NCBI RefSeq assembly: GCF_009914755.1
Contig: NC_060928.1
From: the human T2T-CHM13v2.0 reference genome, Homo sapiens
DNA: 64,000 nucleotides
Reading direction: 5' to 3' (one strand)
The notes under the pieces: model-generated
What the model saw: the letters and a program-made list of their open reading frames with translations, nothing else
Databases searched by the model: none
Told to the model about the DNA's origin: nothing
Position numbers and translations under genes: made by a program
In this document: positions 12,001 through 26,400 of the stretch, piece by piece
How positions within the stretch are numbered: the stretch's first letter is position 1
Layout of the letters: each line of letters opens with the position of its first letter

Positions 12001-15000
12001 AACACTCTTTCTGTAGTATCTGGAAGTGGACATTTCAAGCGCTTTCAGGCCTACGGGGAGAAAGGAAATATCTTCAAATAAAAACTAGATAGAAGGATTC
12101 TCAGAAACTTATTTGTGATGTGTGTCCTAAACGAACACAGTTGAACCTTTGTTTTGATACAGCATTTTGGAAACACTCCTTTTGTAGGATCTGCAGGTTG
12201 ATATTTGGATAGATTTTAAGATTTCGTTGGAAACGGGAGTTTCTTCATAGAAACTCAAGACAGATGCATTCTCAGAAACATCTCTGTGATGTTTGCATTC
12301 CACTCATAGAGTTGAAAACTTCCTTTCATAGAGCAGGTTTGAAACACTCTTTTTGTAATATTTGGAAGTGGACATTTGCAGCGCTTTGAGGCCTATGGTG
12401 AAAAAGGAAATATCTTCTCATAAAAACCAGAAACAAGCATTCTCAGAAACTTCTTTTTGATGTGTGTACTCAAGTAACAGAGTTGAACCTTCCTTTTGAC
12501 ACAGCAGTTTTGAAACAATCTTTTTGTAGAATCTGCAAGTGGATATTTGGATAGCTTTGAGGATTTCGTTGGAAACGGGATATCTTCATATAAAATCTAG
12601 ACAGAAGCATTCTCAGAAACTTCTTTGTGCTGTATGTCCTCAATTAACAGAGTTGAACCATTGCTTGGATACAGCATTTTGGAAACATTCCTTGAGTAGA
12701 ATCTGCAAGTTGATATTTAGATAGATTTGAAGATTTCGTTGGAAAAGGGAATATCTCCATATAAAATCTAGAGGGAAGCATTCTCAGAAACTGCTTTGTG
12801 ATGTTTCCATTCAAGTCACAGAGTTGAATATTCCCTTTTATAGAGCACGTTTGAAACACTCTTTCTGCACTATCTGGAAGTGGACATTTCGAGCGCTTTG
12901 AGGCCTATGGTGAAAAAGGAAATATCTTCCCATAAAAACTAGACAGAAGCATTCTCAGAAACTTGTTTGTGATGTGTGTATTCAACTAACAGAGTTGAAC
13001 TTTTGTTTTTACAGAGCCGTTTTAAAACACTCTTTTTGTGGAATCAGAAAGTGGATATTCGGATGGCTCTGAGGATTTCGTTGGAAGCGGGATTACATAT
13101 AAAATCTAGAGAGAAGCATTCTCAGGAACTTCTTTGTGATGTTTGCATTGAAGTCACAGAATTGAACATTCACTTTGATAGAGCAGGTTTGAAACACTCA
13201 TTCTGTAGTATCTGGAAGTGGACATTTCAAGCGCTTTCAGGCCTATGGTGAGAAAGGAAATATCTTCGAATAAAAACTAGACAGAAGCATCCTCAGAAAC
13301 TTATTTGTGATGTGTGTCCTCAACTAACAGAGTTGAAACTTTGTTTTGATACAGCATTTTGGAAACACTCTTTTTGTAGAATCTGCAGGTGGATATTTGG
13401 ATAGCTTAGAGGGATTCGTTGGAAAGGGGATATCTTCATATAAAATCTAGACAGAAGCATTCTCAGAAACTTATTTGTGATGTGTGTCCTCAACTAACAG
13501 AGTTGAACCTTGGTTTTGATACAGCATTTTGGAAACGCTCCTTTTGTAGAATCTGCAGGTGGATATGTGGATAGCTCTGAAGATTTCGTTGGAAACGGGA
13601 ATTTCTTCATATAAAATCAAACAGAAGCATTCTCAGAAACTTCTCAGTGATGTTTGCATTCAGCTCATGGAGTTGAACACTTCCTTTCATAGAGCCGGTT
13701 TGAAACACTCTTTCTGCACTACCTGGAAGAGGACATTTCGAGCGCTTTGAGTCCTATGGTGAAAAAGGAAATATCTTCTCATAAAAACCAGAAAGAAGCA
13801 TTCTCAGAAACTTCTTTGTGTTGTGTGTACTCATGTAACAGTGTTGAACCATCCTTTTGACAGAGCAGTTTTGAAACACTCTTTTTGTAGAATCTGCAAG
13901 TGGATATTTGGATAGCTTTGAGGATTTCGTTGGAAACGGGATGACATATAATATCTAGAGAGAAGCATTCTCAGGAACTTCTTTGTGATGTTTGCATTCA
14001 AGTCACAGAATTGAACATTCCCTTTCATAGAGCAGGTTTGAAACACTCTTTCTCTAGTATCTGGAAGTGGGCATTTCAAGCGCTTTCAGGCCTATGGAGA
14101 GAAAGGAAATACCTTCAAATAAAAACTAGACAGAAGCATTCTCAGAAACTTATTTGTGATGTGTGTCCTCAACTAACAGAGTTGAACCTTTGTTTTGATA
14201 CAGCATTTTGGAAACACTCCTTTTGTAGAATCTGCAGGTGGATATTTGGATAACTTTGAAGATTTCGTTGGAAACCGGAATATCTTCATATAAAATCAAG
14301 ACAGAAGCATTCTCGGAAACATCTCTGTGATGTTTGCATTCAACTCAGTAGAGTTGAACACTTCCTTTCATAGAGCCGGTTTGAAACACTCTTTCTGCAC
14401 TACCTGGAAGCGGACATTTCGAGCGCTTTGAGGCCTATGGTGAAAAAGGAAATATCTTCTCATAAAAACCAGAAAGAAGCATTCTCAGAAACTTCTTTGT
14501 GTTGTGTGTACTCAAGTAACAGTGTTGAACCTTCCTTTTGACACAGCAGTTTTGAAACACTCTTTTGGTAGAATCTGCAAGTGGATATTTGGATAGCTTT
14601 GAGGATTTCGTTGGAAACGGGTTATCTTCATATAAAATCCAGACAGGAGCATTCTCAGAAACTTCTTTGTGCTGCATGTCCTCAATTCACAGAGCTGAAC
14701 CTTTGTTTGGATACAGCATTTTGGAAACATTCCTTTAGTAGAATCTGCAAGTTGATATTTAGATAGCTTTGAAGATTTCGTTGGAAACGGGAATATCTTC
14801 ATAGAAAATCTAGACGGAAGCATTCTCAGAAACTGCTTTGTGATGTTTGCATTCAAGTCACAGAGTTGAATATTCCCTTTTATAGAGTAGGTTTGAAACA
14901 CTCTTTCGGCACTACCTGGAAGTGGATATTTCGAGCTCTTTGAGGCCTATGGTTAAAAGGAAATATCTTCCCATAAAAACTAGACAGAAGCCGTCTCAGA

Positions 15001-18000
15001 AACTTGTTTGTGATGTGTGTATTCAACTAACAGAGTTGAACATTTCTGTTACAGAGCAATTTTAAAACACTCTTTTTGTGGAATCTGAAAGTGGATAATT
15101 GGATAGCTTTGTGGATTTCGTTGGAAACGGGATGACGTATAAAATCTAGAGAGAAGCATTCTCAGGAACTTCTTTCTGATGTTTGCATTCAAGTCACAGA
15201 ATTGAACATTCCTTTTCATAGTGCAGGTTTGAAACACTCTTTCTGTAGTATCTGGAAGTGGACATTTCAAGCGCTTTCAGGCCTACGGGGAGAAAGGAAA
15301 TATCTTCAAATAAAAACTAGACAGAAGGATTCTCAGAAACTTATTTGTGATGTGTGTCCTAAACGAACACAGTTGAACCTTTGTTTAGATACAGCATTTT
15401 GGAAACACTCCTTTTGTAGGATCTGCAGGTGGATATTTGGATAGATTTTAAGATTTCGTTGGAAACGGGAGTTTCTTCATAGAAACTCAAGACAGATGCA
15501 TTCTCAGAAACATCTCTGTGATGTTTGCATTCCACTCATAGAGTTGAAAACTTCCTTTCATAGAGCAGGTTTGAAACACTCTTTTTGTAATATTTGGAAG
15601 TGGACATTTGCAGCGCTTTGAGGCCTATGGTGAAAAAGGAAATATCTTCTCATAAAAACCAGAAACAAGCATTCTCAGAAACTTCTTTTTGATGTGTGTA
15701 CTCAAGTAACAGAGTTGAACCTTCCTTTTGACACAGCAGTTTTGAAACAATCTTTTTGTAGAATCTGCAAGTGGATATTTGGATAGCTTTGAGGATTTCG
15801 TTGGAAACGGGATATCTTCATATAAAATCTAGACAGAAGCATTCTCAGAAACTTCTTTGTGCTGTATGTCCTCAATTAACAGAGTTGAACCATTGCTTGG
15901 ATACAGCATTTTGGAAACATTCCTTGAGTAGAATCTGCAAGTTGATATTTAGATAGATTTGAAGATTTCGTTGGAAAAGGGAATATCTCCATATAAAATC
16001 TAGACGGAAGCATTCTCAGAAACTGCTTTGTGATGTTTCCATTCAAGTCACAGAGTTGAATATTCCCTTTTATAGAGCACGTTTGAAACACTCTTTCTGC
16101 ACTATCTGGAAGTGGACATTTCGAGCGCTTTGAGGCCTATGGTGAAAAAGGAAATATCTTCCCATAAAAACTAGACAGAAGCATTCTCAGAAACTTGTTT
16201 GTGATGTGTGTATTCAACTAACAGAGTTGAACTTTTGTTTTTACAGAGCCGTTTTAAAACACTCTTTTTGTGGAATCAGAAAGTGGATATTCGGATGGCT
16301 CTGAGGATTTCGTTGGAAGCGGGATTACATATAAAATCTAGAGAGAAGCATTCTCAGGAACTTCTTTGTGATGTTTGCATTGAAGTCACAGAATTGAACA
16401 TTCACTTTGATAGAGCAGGTTTGAAACACTCATTCTGTAGTATCTGGAAGTGGACATTTCAAGCGCTTTCAGGCCTATGGTGAGAAAGGAAATATCTTCG
16501 AATAAAAACTAGACAGAAGCATCCTCAGAAACTTATTTGTGATGTGTGTCCTCAACTAACAGAGTTGAAACTTTGTTTTGATACAGCATTTTGGAAACAC
16601 TCTTTTTGTAGAATCTGCAGGTGGATATTTGGATAGCTTAGAGGGATTCGTTGGAAAGGGGATATCTTCATATAAAATCTAGACAGAAGCATTCTCAGAA
16701 ACTTATTTGTGATGTGTGTCCTCAACTAACAGAGTTGAACCTTGGTTTTGATACAGCATTTTGGAAACGCTCCTTTTGTAGAATCTGCAGGTGGATATGT
16801 GGATAGCTCTGAAGATTTCGTTGGAAACGGGAATTTCTTCATATAAAATCAAACAGAAGCATTCTCAGAAACTTCTCAGTGATGTTTGCATTCAGCTCAT
16901 GGAGTTGAACACTTCCTTTCATAGAGCCGGTTTGAAACACTCTTTCTGCACTACCTGGAAGAGGACATTTCGAGCGCTTTGAGTCCTATGGTGAAAAAGG
17001 AAATATCTTCTCATAAAAACCAGAAAGAAGCATTCTCAGAAACTTCTTTGTGTTGTGTGTACTCATGTAACAGTGTTGAACCATCCTTTTGACAGAGCAG
17101 TTTTGAAACACTCTTTTTGTAGAATCTGCAAGTGGATATTTGGATAGCTTTGAGGATTTCGTTGGAAACGGGATGACATATAATATCTAGAGAGAAGCAT
17201 TCTCAGGAACTTCTTTGTGATGTTTGCATTCAAGTCACAGAATTGAACATTCCCTTTCATAGAGCAGGTTTGAAACACTCTTTCTCTAGTATCTGGAAGT
17301 GGGCATTTCAAGCGCTTTCAGGCCTATGGAGAGAAAGGAAATACCTTCAAATAAAAACTAGACAGAAGCATTCTCAGAAACTTATTTGTGATGTGTGTCC
17401 TCAACTAACAGAGTTGAACCTTTGTTTTGATACAGCATTTTGGAAACACTCCTTTTGTAGAATCTGCAGGTGGATATTTGGATAACTTTGAAGATTTCGT
17501 TGGAAACCGGAATATCTTCATATAAAATCAAGACAGAAGCATTCTCGGAAACATCTCTGTGATGTTTGCATTCAACTCAGTAGAGTTGAACACTTCCTTT
17601 CATAGAGCCGGTTTGAAACACTCTTTCTGCACTACCTGGAAGCGGACATTTCGAGCGCTTTGAGGCCTATGGTGAAAAAGGAAATATCTTCTCATAAAAA
17701 CCAGAAAGAAGCATTCTCAGAAACTTCTTTGTGTTGTGTGTACTCAAGTAACAGTGTTGAACCTTCCTTTTGACACAGCAGTTTTGAAACACTCTTTTGG
17801 TAGAATCTGCAAGTGGATATTTGGATAGCTTTGAGGATTTCGTTGGAAACGGGTTATCTTCATATAAAATCCAGACAGGAGCATTCTCAGAAACTTCTTT
17901 GTGCTGCATGTCCTCAATTCACAGAGCTGAACCTTTGTTTGGATACAGCATTTTGGAAACATTCCTTTAGTAGAATCTGCAAGTTGATATTTAGATAGCT

Positions 18001-19413
18001 TTGAAGATTTCGTTGGAAACGGGAATATCTTCATAGAAAATCTAGACGGAAGCATTCTCAGAAACTGCTTTGTGATGTTTGCATTCAAGTCACAGAGTTG
18101 AATATTCCCTTTTATAGAGTAGGTTTGAAACACTCTTTCGGCACTACCTGGAAGTGGATATTTCGAGCTCTTTGAGGCCTATGGTTAAAAGGAAATATCT
18201 TCCCATAAAAACTAGACAGAAGCCGTCTCAGAAACTTGTTTGTGATGTGTGTATTCAACTAACAGAGTTGAACATTTCTGTTACAGAGCAATTTTAAAAC
18301 ACTCTTTTTGTGGAATCTGAAAGTGGATAATTGGATAGCTTTGTGGATTTCGTTGGAAACGGGATGACGTATAAAATCTAGAGAGAAGCATTCTCAGGAA
18401 CTTCTTTCTGATGTTTGCATTCAAGTCACAGAATTGAACATTCCTTTTCATAGTGCAGGTTTGAAACACTCTTTCTGTAGTATCTGGAAGTGGACATTTC
18501 AAGCGCTTTCAGGCCTACGGGGAGAAAGGAAATATCTTCAAATAAAAACTAGACAGAAGGATTCTCAGAAACTTATTTGTGATGTGTGTCCTAAACGAAC
18601 ACAGTTGAACCTTTGTTTAGATACAGCATTTTGGAAACACTCCTTTTGTAGGATCTGCAGGTGGATATTTGGATAGATTTTAAGATTTCGTTGGAAACGG
18701 GAGTTTCTTCATAGAAACTCAAGACAGATGCATTCTCAGAAACATCTCTGTGATGTTTGCATTCCACTCATAGAGTTGAAAACTTCCTTTCATAGAGCAG
18801 GTTTGAAACACTCTTTTTGTAATATTTGGAAGTGGACATTTGCAGCGCTTTGAGGCCTATGGTGAAAAAGGAAATATCTTCTCATAAAAACCAGAAACAA
18901 GCATTCTCAGAAACTTCTTTTTGATGTGTGTACTCAAGTAACAGAGTTGAACCTTCCTTTTGACACAGCAGTTTTGAAACAATCTTTTTGTAGAATCTGC
19001 AAGTGGATATTTGGATAGCTTTGAGGATTTCGTTGGAAACGGGATATCTTCATATAAAATCTAGACAGAAGCATTCTCAGAAACTTCTTTGTGCTGTATG
19101 TCCTCAATTAACAGAGTTGAACCATTGCTTGGATACAGCATTTTGGAAACATTCCTTGAGTAGAATCTGCAAGTTGATATTTAGATAGATTTGAAGATTT
19201 CGTTGGAAAAGGGAATATCTCCATATAAAATCTAGACGGAAGCATTCTCAGAAACTGCTTTGTGATGTTTCCATTCAAGTCACAGAGTTGAATATTCCCT
19301 TTTATAGAGCACGTTTGAAACACTCTTTCTGCACTATCTGGAAGTGGACATTTCGAGCGCTTTGAGGCCTATGGTGAAAAAGGAAATATCTTCCCATAAA
19401 AATTAGACAGAAG

Positions 19414-20430
19414 CATTCTCAGAAACTTGTTTGTGATGTGTGTATTCAACTAACAGAGTTGAACTTTTGTTTTTACAGAGCCGTTTTAAAACACTCTTTT
19501 TGTGGAATCAGAAAGTGGATATTCGGATGGCTCTGAGGATTTCGTTGGAAGCGGGATTACATATAAAATCTAGAGAGAAGCATTCTCAGGAACTTCTTTG
19601 TGATGTTTGCATTGAAGTCACAGAATTGAACATTCACTTTGATAGAGCAGGTTTGAAACACTCATTCTGTAGTATCTGGAAGTGGACATTTCAAGCGCTT
19701 TCAGGCCTATGGTGAAAAAGGAAATATCTTCGAATAAAAACTAGACAGAAGCATCCTCAGAAACTTATTTGTGATGTGTGTCCTCAACTAACAGAGTTGA
19801 AACTTTGTTTTGATACAGCATTTTGGAAACACTCCTTTTGTAGAATCTGCAGGTGGATATGTGGATAGTTCTGAAGATTTCGTTGGAAACGGGAATTTCT
19901 TCATATAAAATCAAACAGAAGCATTCTCAGAAACTTCTCAGTGATGTTTGCATTCAGCTCATGGAGTTGAACACTTCCTTTCATAGAGCCGGTTTGAAAC
20001 ACTCTTTCTGCACTACCTGGAAGAGGCCATTTCGAGCGCTTTGAGTCCTATGGTGAAAAAGGAAATATCTTCTCATAAAAACCAGAAAGAAGCATTCTCA
20101 GAAACTTCTTTGTGTTGTGTGTACTCATGTAACAGTGTTGAACCATCCTTTTGACAGAGCAGTTTTGAAACACTCTTTTTGTAGAATCTGCAAGTGGATA
20201 TTTGGATAGCTTTGAGGATTTCGTTGGAAACGGGATGACATATAATATCTAGAGAGAAGCATTCTCAGGAACTTCTTTGTGCTGTTTGCATTCAAGTCAC
20301 AGAATTGAACATTCCCTTTCATAGAGCAGATTTGAAACACTCTTTCTCTAGTATCTGGAAGTGGGCATTTCAAGCGCTTTCAGGCCTATTGAGAGAAAGG
20401 AAATACCTTCAAATAAAAACTAGACAGAAG
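19414..20430 (+). repeat. 6-mer HOR structural variant, copy 1 (1017 bp; m1, m2, m3/m4 hybrid, m5, m6, m7)
   Basis: Marker spacing 19440 to 20457 is 1017 bp, equal to 167+171+170+171+167+171. The m3 head (CATCCTC, AAACTTTG) joins the m4 tail (ACTCC, ATATGTGG). m7 is followed directly by m1. Confidence 0.96.
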
Positions 20431-23400
20431 CATTCTCAGAAACTTGTTTGTGATGTGTGTATTCAACTAACAGAGTTGAACTTTTGTTTTTACAGAGCCG
20501 TTTTAAAACACTCTTTTTGTGGAATCAGAAAGTGGATATTCGGATGGCTCTGAGGATTTCGTTGGAAGCGGGATTACGTATAAAATCTAGAGAGAAGCAT
20601 TCTCAGGAACTTCTTTGTGATGTTTGCATTGAAGTCACAGAATTGAACATTCACTTTGATAGAGCAGGTTTGAAACACTCATTCTGTAGTATCTGGAAGT
20701 GGACATTTCAAGCGCTTTCAGGCCTATGGTGAGAAAGGAAATATCTTCGAATAAAAACTAGACAGAAGCATCCTCAGAAACTTATTTGTGATGTGTGTCC
20801 TCAACTAACAGAGTTGAAACTTTGTTTTGATACAGCATTTTGGAAACACTCTTTTTGTAGAATCTGCAGGTGGATATTTGGATAGCTTAGAGGGATTCGT
20901 TGGAAAGGGGATATCTTCATATAAAATCTAGACAGAAGCATTCTCAGAAACTTATTTGTGATGTGTGTCCTCAACTAACAGAGTTGAACCTTGGTTTTGA
21001 TACAGCATTTTGGAAACACTCCTTTTGTAGAATCTGCAGGTGGATATGTGGATAGCTCTGAAGATTTCGTTGGAAACGGGAATTTCTTCATATAAAATCA
21101 AACAGAAGCATTCTCAGAAACTTCTCAGTGATGTTTGCATTCAGCTCATGGAGTTGAACACTTCCTTTCATAGAGCCGGTTTGAAACACTCTTTCTGCAC
21201 TACCTGGAAGAGGACATTTCGAGCGCTTTGAGTCCTATGGTGAAAAAGGAAATATCTTCTCATAAAAACCAGAAAGAAGCATTCTCAGAAACTTCTTTGT
21301 GTTGTGTGTACTCATGTAACAGTGTTGAACCATCCTTTTGACAGAGCAGTTTTGAAACACTCTTTTTGTAGAATCTGCAAGTGGATATTTGGATAGCTTT
21401 GAGGATTTCGTTGGAAACGGGATGACATATAATATCTAGAGAGAAGCATTCTCAGGAACTTCTTTGTGATGTTTGCATTCAAGTCACAGAATTGAACATT
21501 CCCTTTCATAGAGCAGGTTTGAAACACTCTTTCTCTAGTATCTGGAAGTGGGCATTTCAAGCGCTTTCAGGCCTATGGAGAGAAAGGAAATACCTTCAAA
21601 TAAAAACTAGACAGAAGCATTCTCAGAAACTTATTTGTGATGTGTGTCCTCAACTAACAGAGTTGAACCTTTGTTTTGATACAGCATTTTGGAAACACTC
21701 CTTTTGTAGAATCTGCAGGTGGATATTTGGATAACTTTGAAGATTTCGTTGGAAACCGGAATATCTTCATATAAAATCAAGACAGAAGCATTCTCGGAAA
21801 CATCTCTGTGATGTTTGCATTCAACTCAGTAGAGTTGAACACTTCCTTTCATAGAGCCGGTTTGAAACACTCTTTCTGCACTACCTGGAAGCGGACATTT
21901 CGAGCGCTTTGAGGCCTATGGTGAAAAAGGAAATATCTTCTCATAAAAACCAGAAAGAAGCATTCTCAGAAACTTCTTTGTGTTGTGTGTACTCAAGTAA
22001 CAGTGTTGAACCTTCCTTTTGACACAGCAGTTTTGAAACACTCTTTTGGTAGAATCTGCAAGTGGATATTTGGATAGCTTTGAGGATTTCGTTGGAAACG
22101 GGTTATCTTCATATAAAATCCAGACAGGAGCATTCTCAGAAACTTCTTTGTGCTGCATGTCCTCAATTCACAGAGCTGAACCTTTGTTTGGATACAGCAT
22201 TTTGGAAACATTCCTTTAGTAGAATCTGCAAGTTGATATTTAGATAGCTTTGAAGATTTCGTTGGAAACGGGAATATCTTCATAGAAAATCTAGACGGAA
22301 GCATTCTCAGAAACTGCTTTGTGATGTTTGCATTCAAGTCACAGAGTTGAATATTCCCTTTTATAGAGTAGGTTTGAAACACTCTTTCGGCACTACCTGG
22401 AAGTGGATATTTCGAGCTCTTTGAGGCCTATGGTTAAAAGGAAATATCTTCCCATAAAAACTAGACAGAAGCCGTCTCAGAAACTTGTTTGTGATGTGTG
22501 TATTCAACTAACAGAGTTGAACATTTCTGTTACAGAGCAATTTTAAAACACTCTTTTTGTGGAATCTGAAAGTGGATAATTGGATAGCTTTGTGGATTTC
22601 GTTGGAAACGGGATGACGTATAAAATCTAGAGAGAAGCATTCTCAGGAACTTCTTTCTGATGTTTGCATTCAAGTCACAGAATTGAACATTCCTTTTCAT
22701 AGTGCAGGTTTGAAACACTCTTTCTGTAGTATCTGGAAGTGGACATTTCAAGCGCTTTCAGGCCTTCGGGGAGAACGGAAATATCTTCAAATAAAAACTA
22801 GACAGAAGGATTCTCAGAAACTTATTTGTGATGTGTGTCCTAAACGAACACAGTTGAACCTTTGTTTAGATACAGCATTTTGGAAACACTCCTTTTGTAG
22901 GATCTGCAGGTGGATATTTGGATAGATTTTAAGATTTCGTTGGAAACGGGAGTTTCTTCATAGAAACTCAAGACAGATGCATTCTCAGAAACATCTCTGT
23001 GATGTTTGCATTCCACTCATAGAGTTGAAAACTTCCTTTCATAGAGCAGGTTTGAAACACTCTTTTTGTAATATTTGGAAGTGGACATTTGCAGCGCTTT
23101 GAGGCCTATGGTGAAAAAGGAAATATCTTCTCATAAAAACCAGAAACAAGCATTCTCAGAAACTTCTTTTTGATGTGTGTACTCAAGTAACAGAGTTGAA
23201 CCTTCCTTTTGACACAGCAGTTTTGAAACAATCTTTTTGTAGAATCTGCAAGTGGATATTTGGATAGCTTTGAGGATTTCGTTGGAAACGGGATATCTTC
23301 ATATAAAATCTAGACAGAAGCATTCTCAGAAACTTCTTTGTGCTGTATGTCCTCAATTAACAGAGTTGAACCATTGCTTGGATACAGCATTTTGGAAACA

Positions 23401-26400
23401 TTCCTTGAGTAGAATCTGCAAGTTGATATTTAGATAGATTTGAAGATTTCGTTGGAAAAGGGAATATCTCCACATAAAATCTAGACGGAAGCATTCTCAG
23501 AAACTGCTTTGTGATGTTTCCATTCAAGTCACAGAGTTGAATATTCCCTTTTATAGAGCACGTTTGAAACACTCTTTCTGCACTATCTGGAAGTGGACAT
23601 TTCGAGCGCTTTGAGGCCTATGGTGAAAAAGGAAATATCTTCCCATAAAAACTAGACAGAAGCATTCTCAGAAACTTGTTTGTGATGTGTGTATTCAACT
23701 AACAGAGTTGAACTTTTGTTTTTACAGAGCCGTTTTAAAACACTCTTTTTGTGGAATCAGAAAGTGGATATTCGGATGGCTCTGAGGATTTCGTTGGAAG
23801 CGGGATTACATATAAAATCTAGAGAGAAGCATTCTCAGGAACTTCTTTGTGATGTTTGCATTGAAGTCACAGAATTGAACATTCACTTTGATAGAGCAGG
23901 TTTGAAACACTCATTCTGTAGTATCTGGAAGTGGACATTTCAAGCGCTTTCAGGCCTATGGTGAGAAAGGAAATATCTTCGAATAAAAACTAGACAGAAG
24001 CATCCTCAGAAACTTATTTGTGATGTGTGTCCTCAACTAACAGAGTTGAAACTTTGTTTTGATACAGCATTTTGGAAACACTCTTTTTGTAGAATCTGCA
24101 GGTGGATATTTGGATAGCTTAGAGGGATTCGTTGGAAAGGGGATATCTTCATATAAAATCTAGACAGAAGCATTCTCAGAAACTTATTTGTGATGTGTGT
24201 CCTCAACTAACAGAGTTGAACCTTGGTTTTGATACAGCATTTTGGAAACGCTCCTTTTGTAGAATCTGCAGGTGGATATGTGGATAGCTCTGAAGATTTC
24301 GTTGGAAACGGGAATTTCTTCATATAAAATCAAACAGAAGCATTCTCAGAAACTTCTCAGTGATGTTTGCATTCAGCTCATGGAGTTGAACACTTCCTTT
24401 CATAGAGCCGGTTTGAAACACTCTTTCTGCACTACCTGGAAGAGGACATTTCGAGCGCTTTGAGTCCTATGGTGAAAAAGGAAATATCTTCTCATAAAAA
24501 CCAGAAAGAAGCATTCTCAGAAACTTCTTTGTGTTGTGTGTACTCATGTAACAGTGTTGAACCATCCTTTTGACAGAGCAGTTTTGAAACACTCTTTTTG
24601 TAGAATCTGCAAGTGGATATTTGGATAGCTTTGAGGATTTCGTTGGAAACGGGATGACATATAATATCTAGAGAGAAGCATTCTCAGGAACTTCTTTGTG
24701 ATGTTTGCATTCAAGTCACAGAATTGAACATTCCCTTTCATAGAGCAGGTTTGAAACACTCTTTCTCTAGTATCTGGAAGTGGGCATTTCAAGCGCTTTC
24801 AGGCCTATGGAGAGAAAGGAAATACCTTCAAATAAAAACTAGACAGAAGCATTCTCAGAAACTTATTTGTGATGTGTGTCCTCAACTAACAGAGTTGAAC
24901 CTTTGTTTTGATACAGCATTTTGGAAACACTCCTTTTGTAGAATCTGCAGGTGGATATTTGGATAACTTTGAAGATTTCGTTGGAAACCGGAATATCTTC
25001 ATATAAAATCAAGACAGAAGCATTCTCGGAAACATCTCTGTGATGTTTGCATTCAACTCAGTAGAGTTGAACACTTCCTTTCATAGAGCCGGTTTGAAAC
25101 ACTCTTTCTGCACTACCTGGAAGCGGACATTTCGAGCGCTTTGAGGCCTATGGTGAAAAAGGAAATATCTTCTCATAAAAACCAGAAAGAAGCATTCTCA
25201 GAAACTTCTTTGTGTTGTGTGTACTCAAGTAACAGTGTTGAACCTTCCTTTTGACACAGCAGTTTTGAAACACTCTTTTGGTAGAATCTGCAAGTGGATA
25301 TTTGGATAGCTTTGAGGATTTCGTTGGAAACGGGTTATCTTCATATAAAATCCAGACAGGAGCATTCTCAGAAACTTCTTTGTGCTGCATGTCCTCAATT
25401 CACAGAGCTGAACCTTTGTTTGGATACAGCATTTTGGAAACATTCCTTTAGTAGAATCTGCAAGTTGATATTTAGATAGCTTTGAAGATTTCGTTGGAAA
25501 CGGGAATATCTTCATAGAAAATCTAGACGGAAGCATTCTCAGAAACTGCTTTGTGATGTTTGCATTCAAGTCACAGAGTTGAATATTCCCTTTTATAGAG
25601 TAGGTTTGAAACACTCTTTCGGCACTACCTGGAAGTGGATATTTCGAGCTCTTTGAGGCCTATGGTTAAAAGGAAATATCTTCCCATAAAAACTAGACAG
25701 AAGCCGTCTCAGAAACTTGTTTGTGATGTGTGTATTCAACTAACAGAGTTGAACATTTCTGTTACAGAGCAATTTTAAAACACTCTTTTTGTGGAATCTG
25801 AAAGTGGATAATTGGATAGCTTTGTGGATTTCGTTGGAAACGGGATGACGTATAAAATCTAGAGAGAAGCATTCTCAGGAACTTCTTTCTGATGTTTGCA
25901 TTCAAGTCACAGAATTGAACATTCCTTTTCATAGTGCAGGTTTGAAACACTCTTTCTGTAGTATCTGGAAGTGGACATTTCAAGCGCTTTCAGGCCTACG
26001 GGGAGAAAGGAAATATCTTCAAATAAAAACTAGACAGAAGGATTCTCAGAAACTTATTTGTGATGTGTGTCCTAAACGAACACAGTTGAACCTTTGTTTA
26101 GATACAGCATTTTGGAAACACTCCTTTTGTAGGATCTGCAGGTGGATATTTGGATAGATTTTAAGATTTCGTTGGAAACGGGAGTTTCTTCATAGAAACT
26201 CAAGACAGATGCATTCTCAGAAACATCTCTGTGATGTTTGCATTCCACTCATAGAGTTGAAAACTTCCTTTCATAGAGCAGGTTTGAAACACTCTTTTTG
26301 TAATATTTGGAAGTGGACATTTGCAGCGCTTTGAGGCCTATGGTGAAAAAGGAAATATCTTCTCATAAAAACCAGAAACAAGCATTCTCAGAAACTTCAT

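Larger units (their letters stand above)
22..19413 (+). repeat. Six consecutive canonical 19-mer HORs (starts 22, 3254, 6486, 9718, 12950, 16182)
   Basis: The marker ORF MYSTNRVELL recurs at 48, 3280, 6512, 9744, 12976, 16208 and 19440, an exact 3232-bp period. Only sparse SNPs separate the copies. Confidence 0.98.

Noticed and set aside
19414-20430. 1017-bp unit as a mobile element inserting at a fixed site
   Set aside because: It is made wholly of host monomers in register, with no terminal repeats, target duplication or coding capacity. Its spread is explained by tandem duplication.
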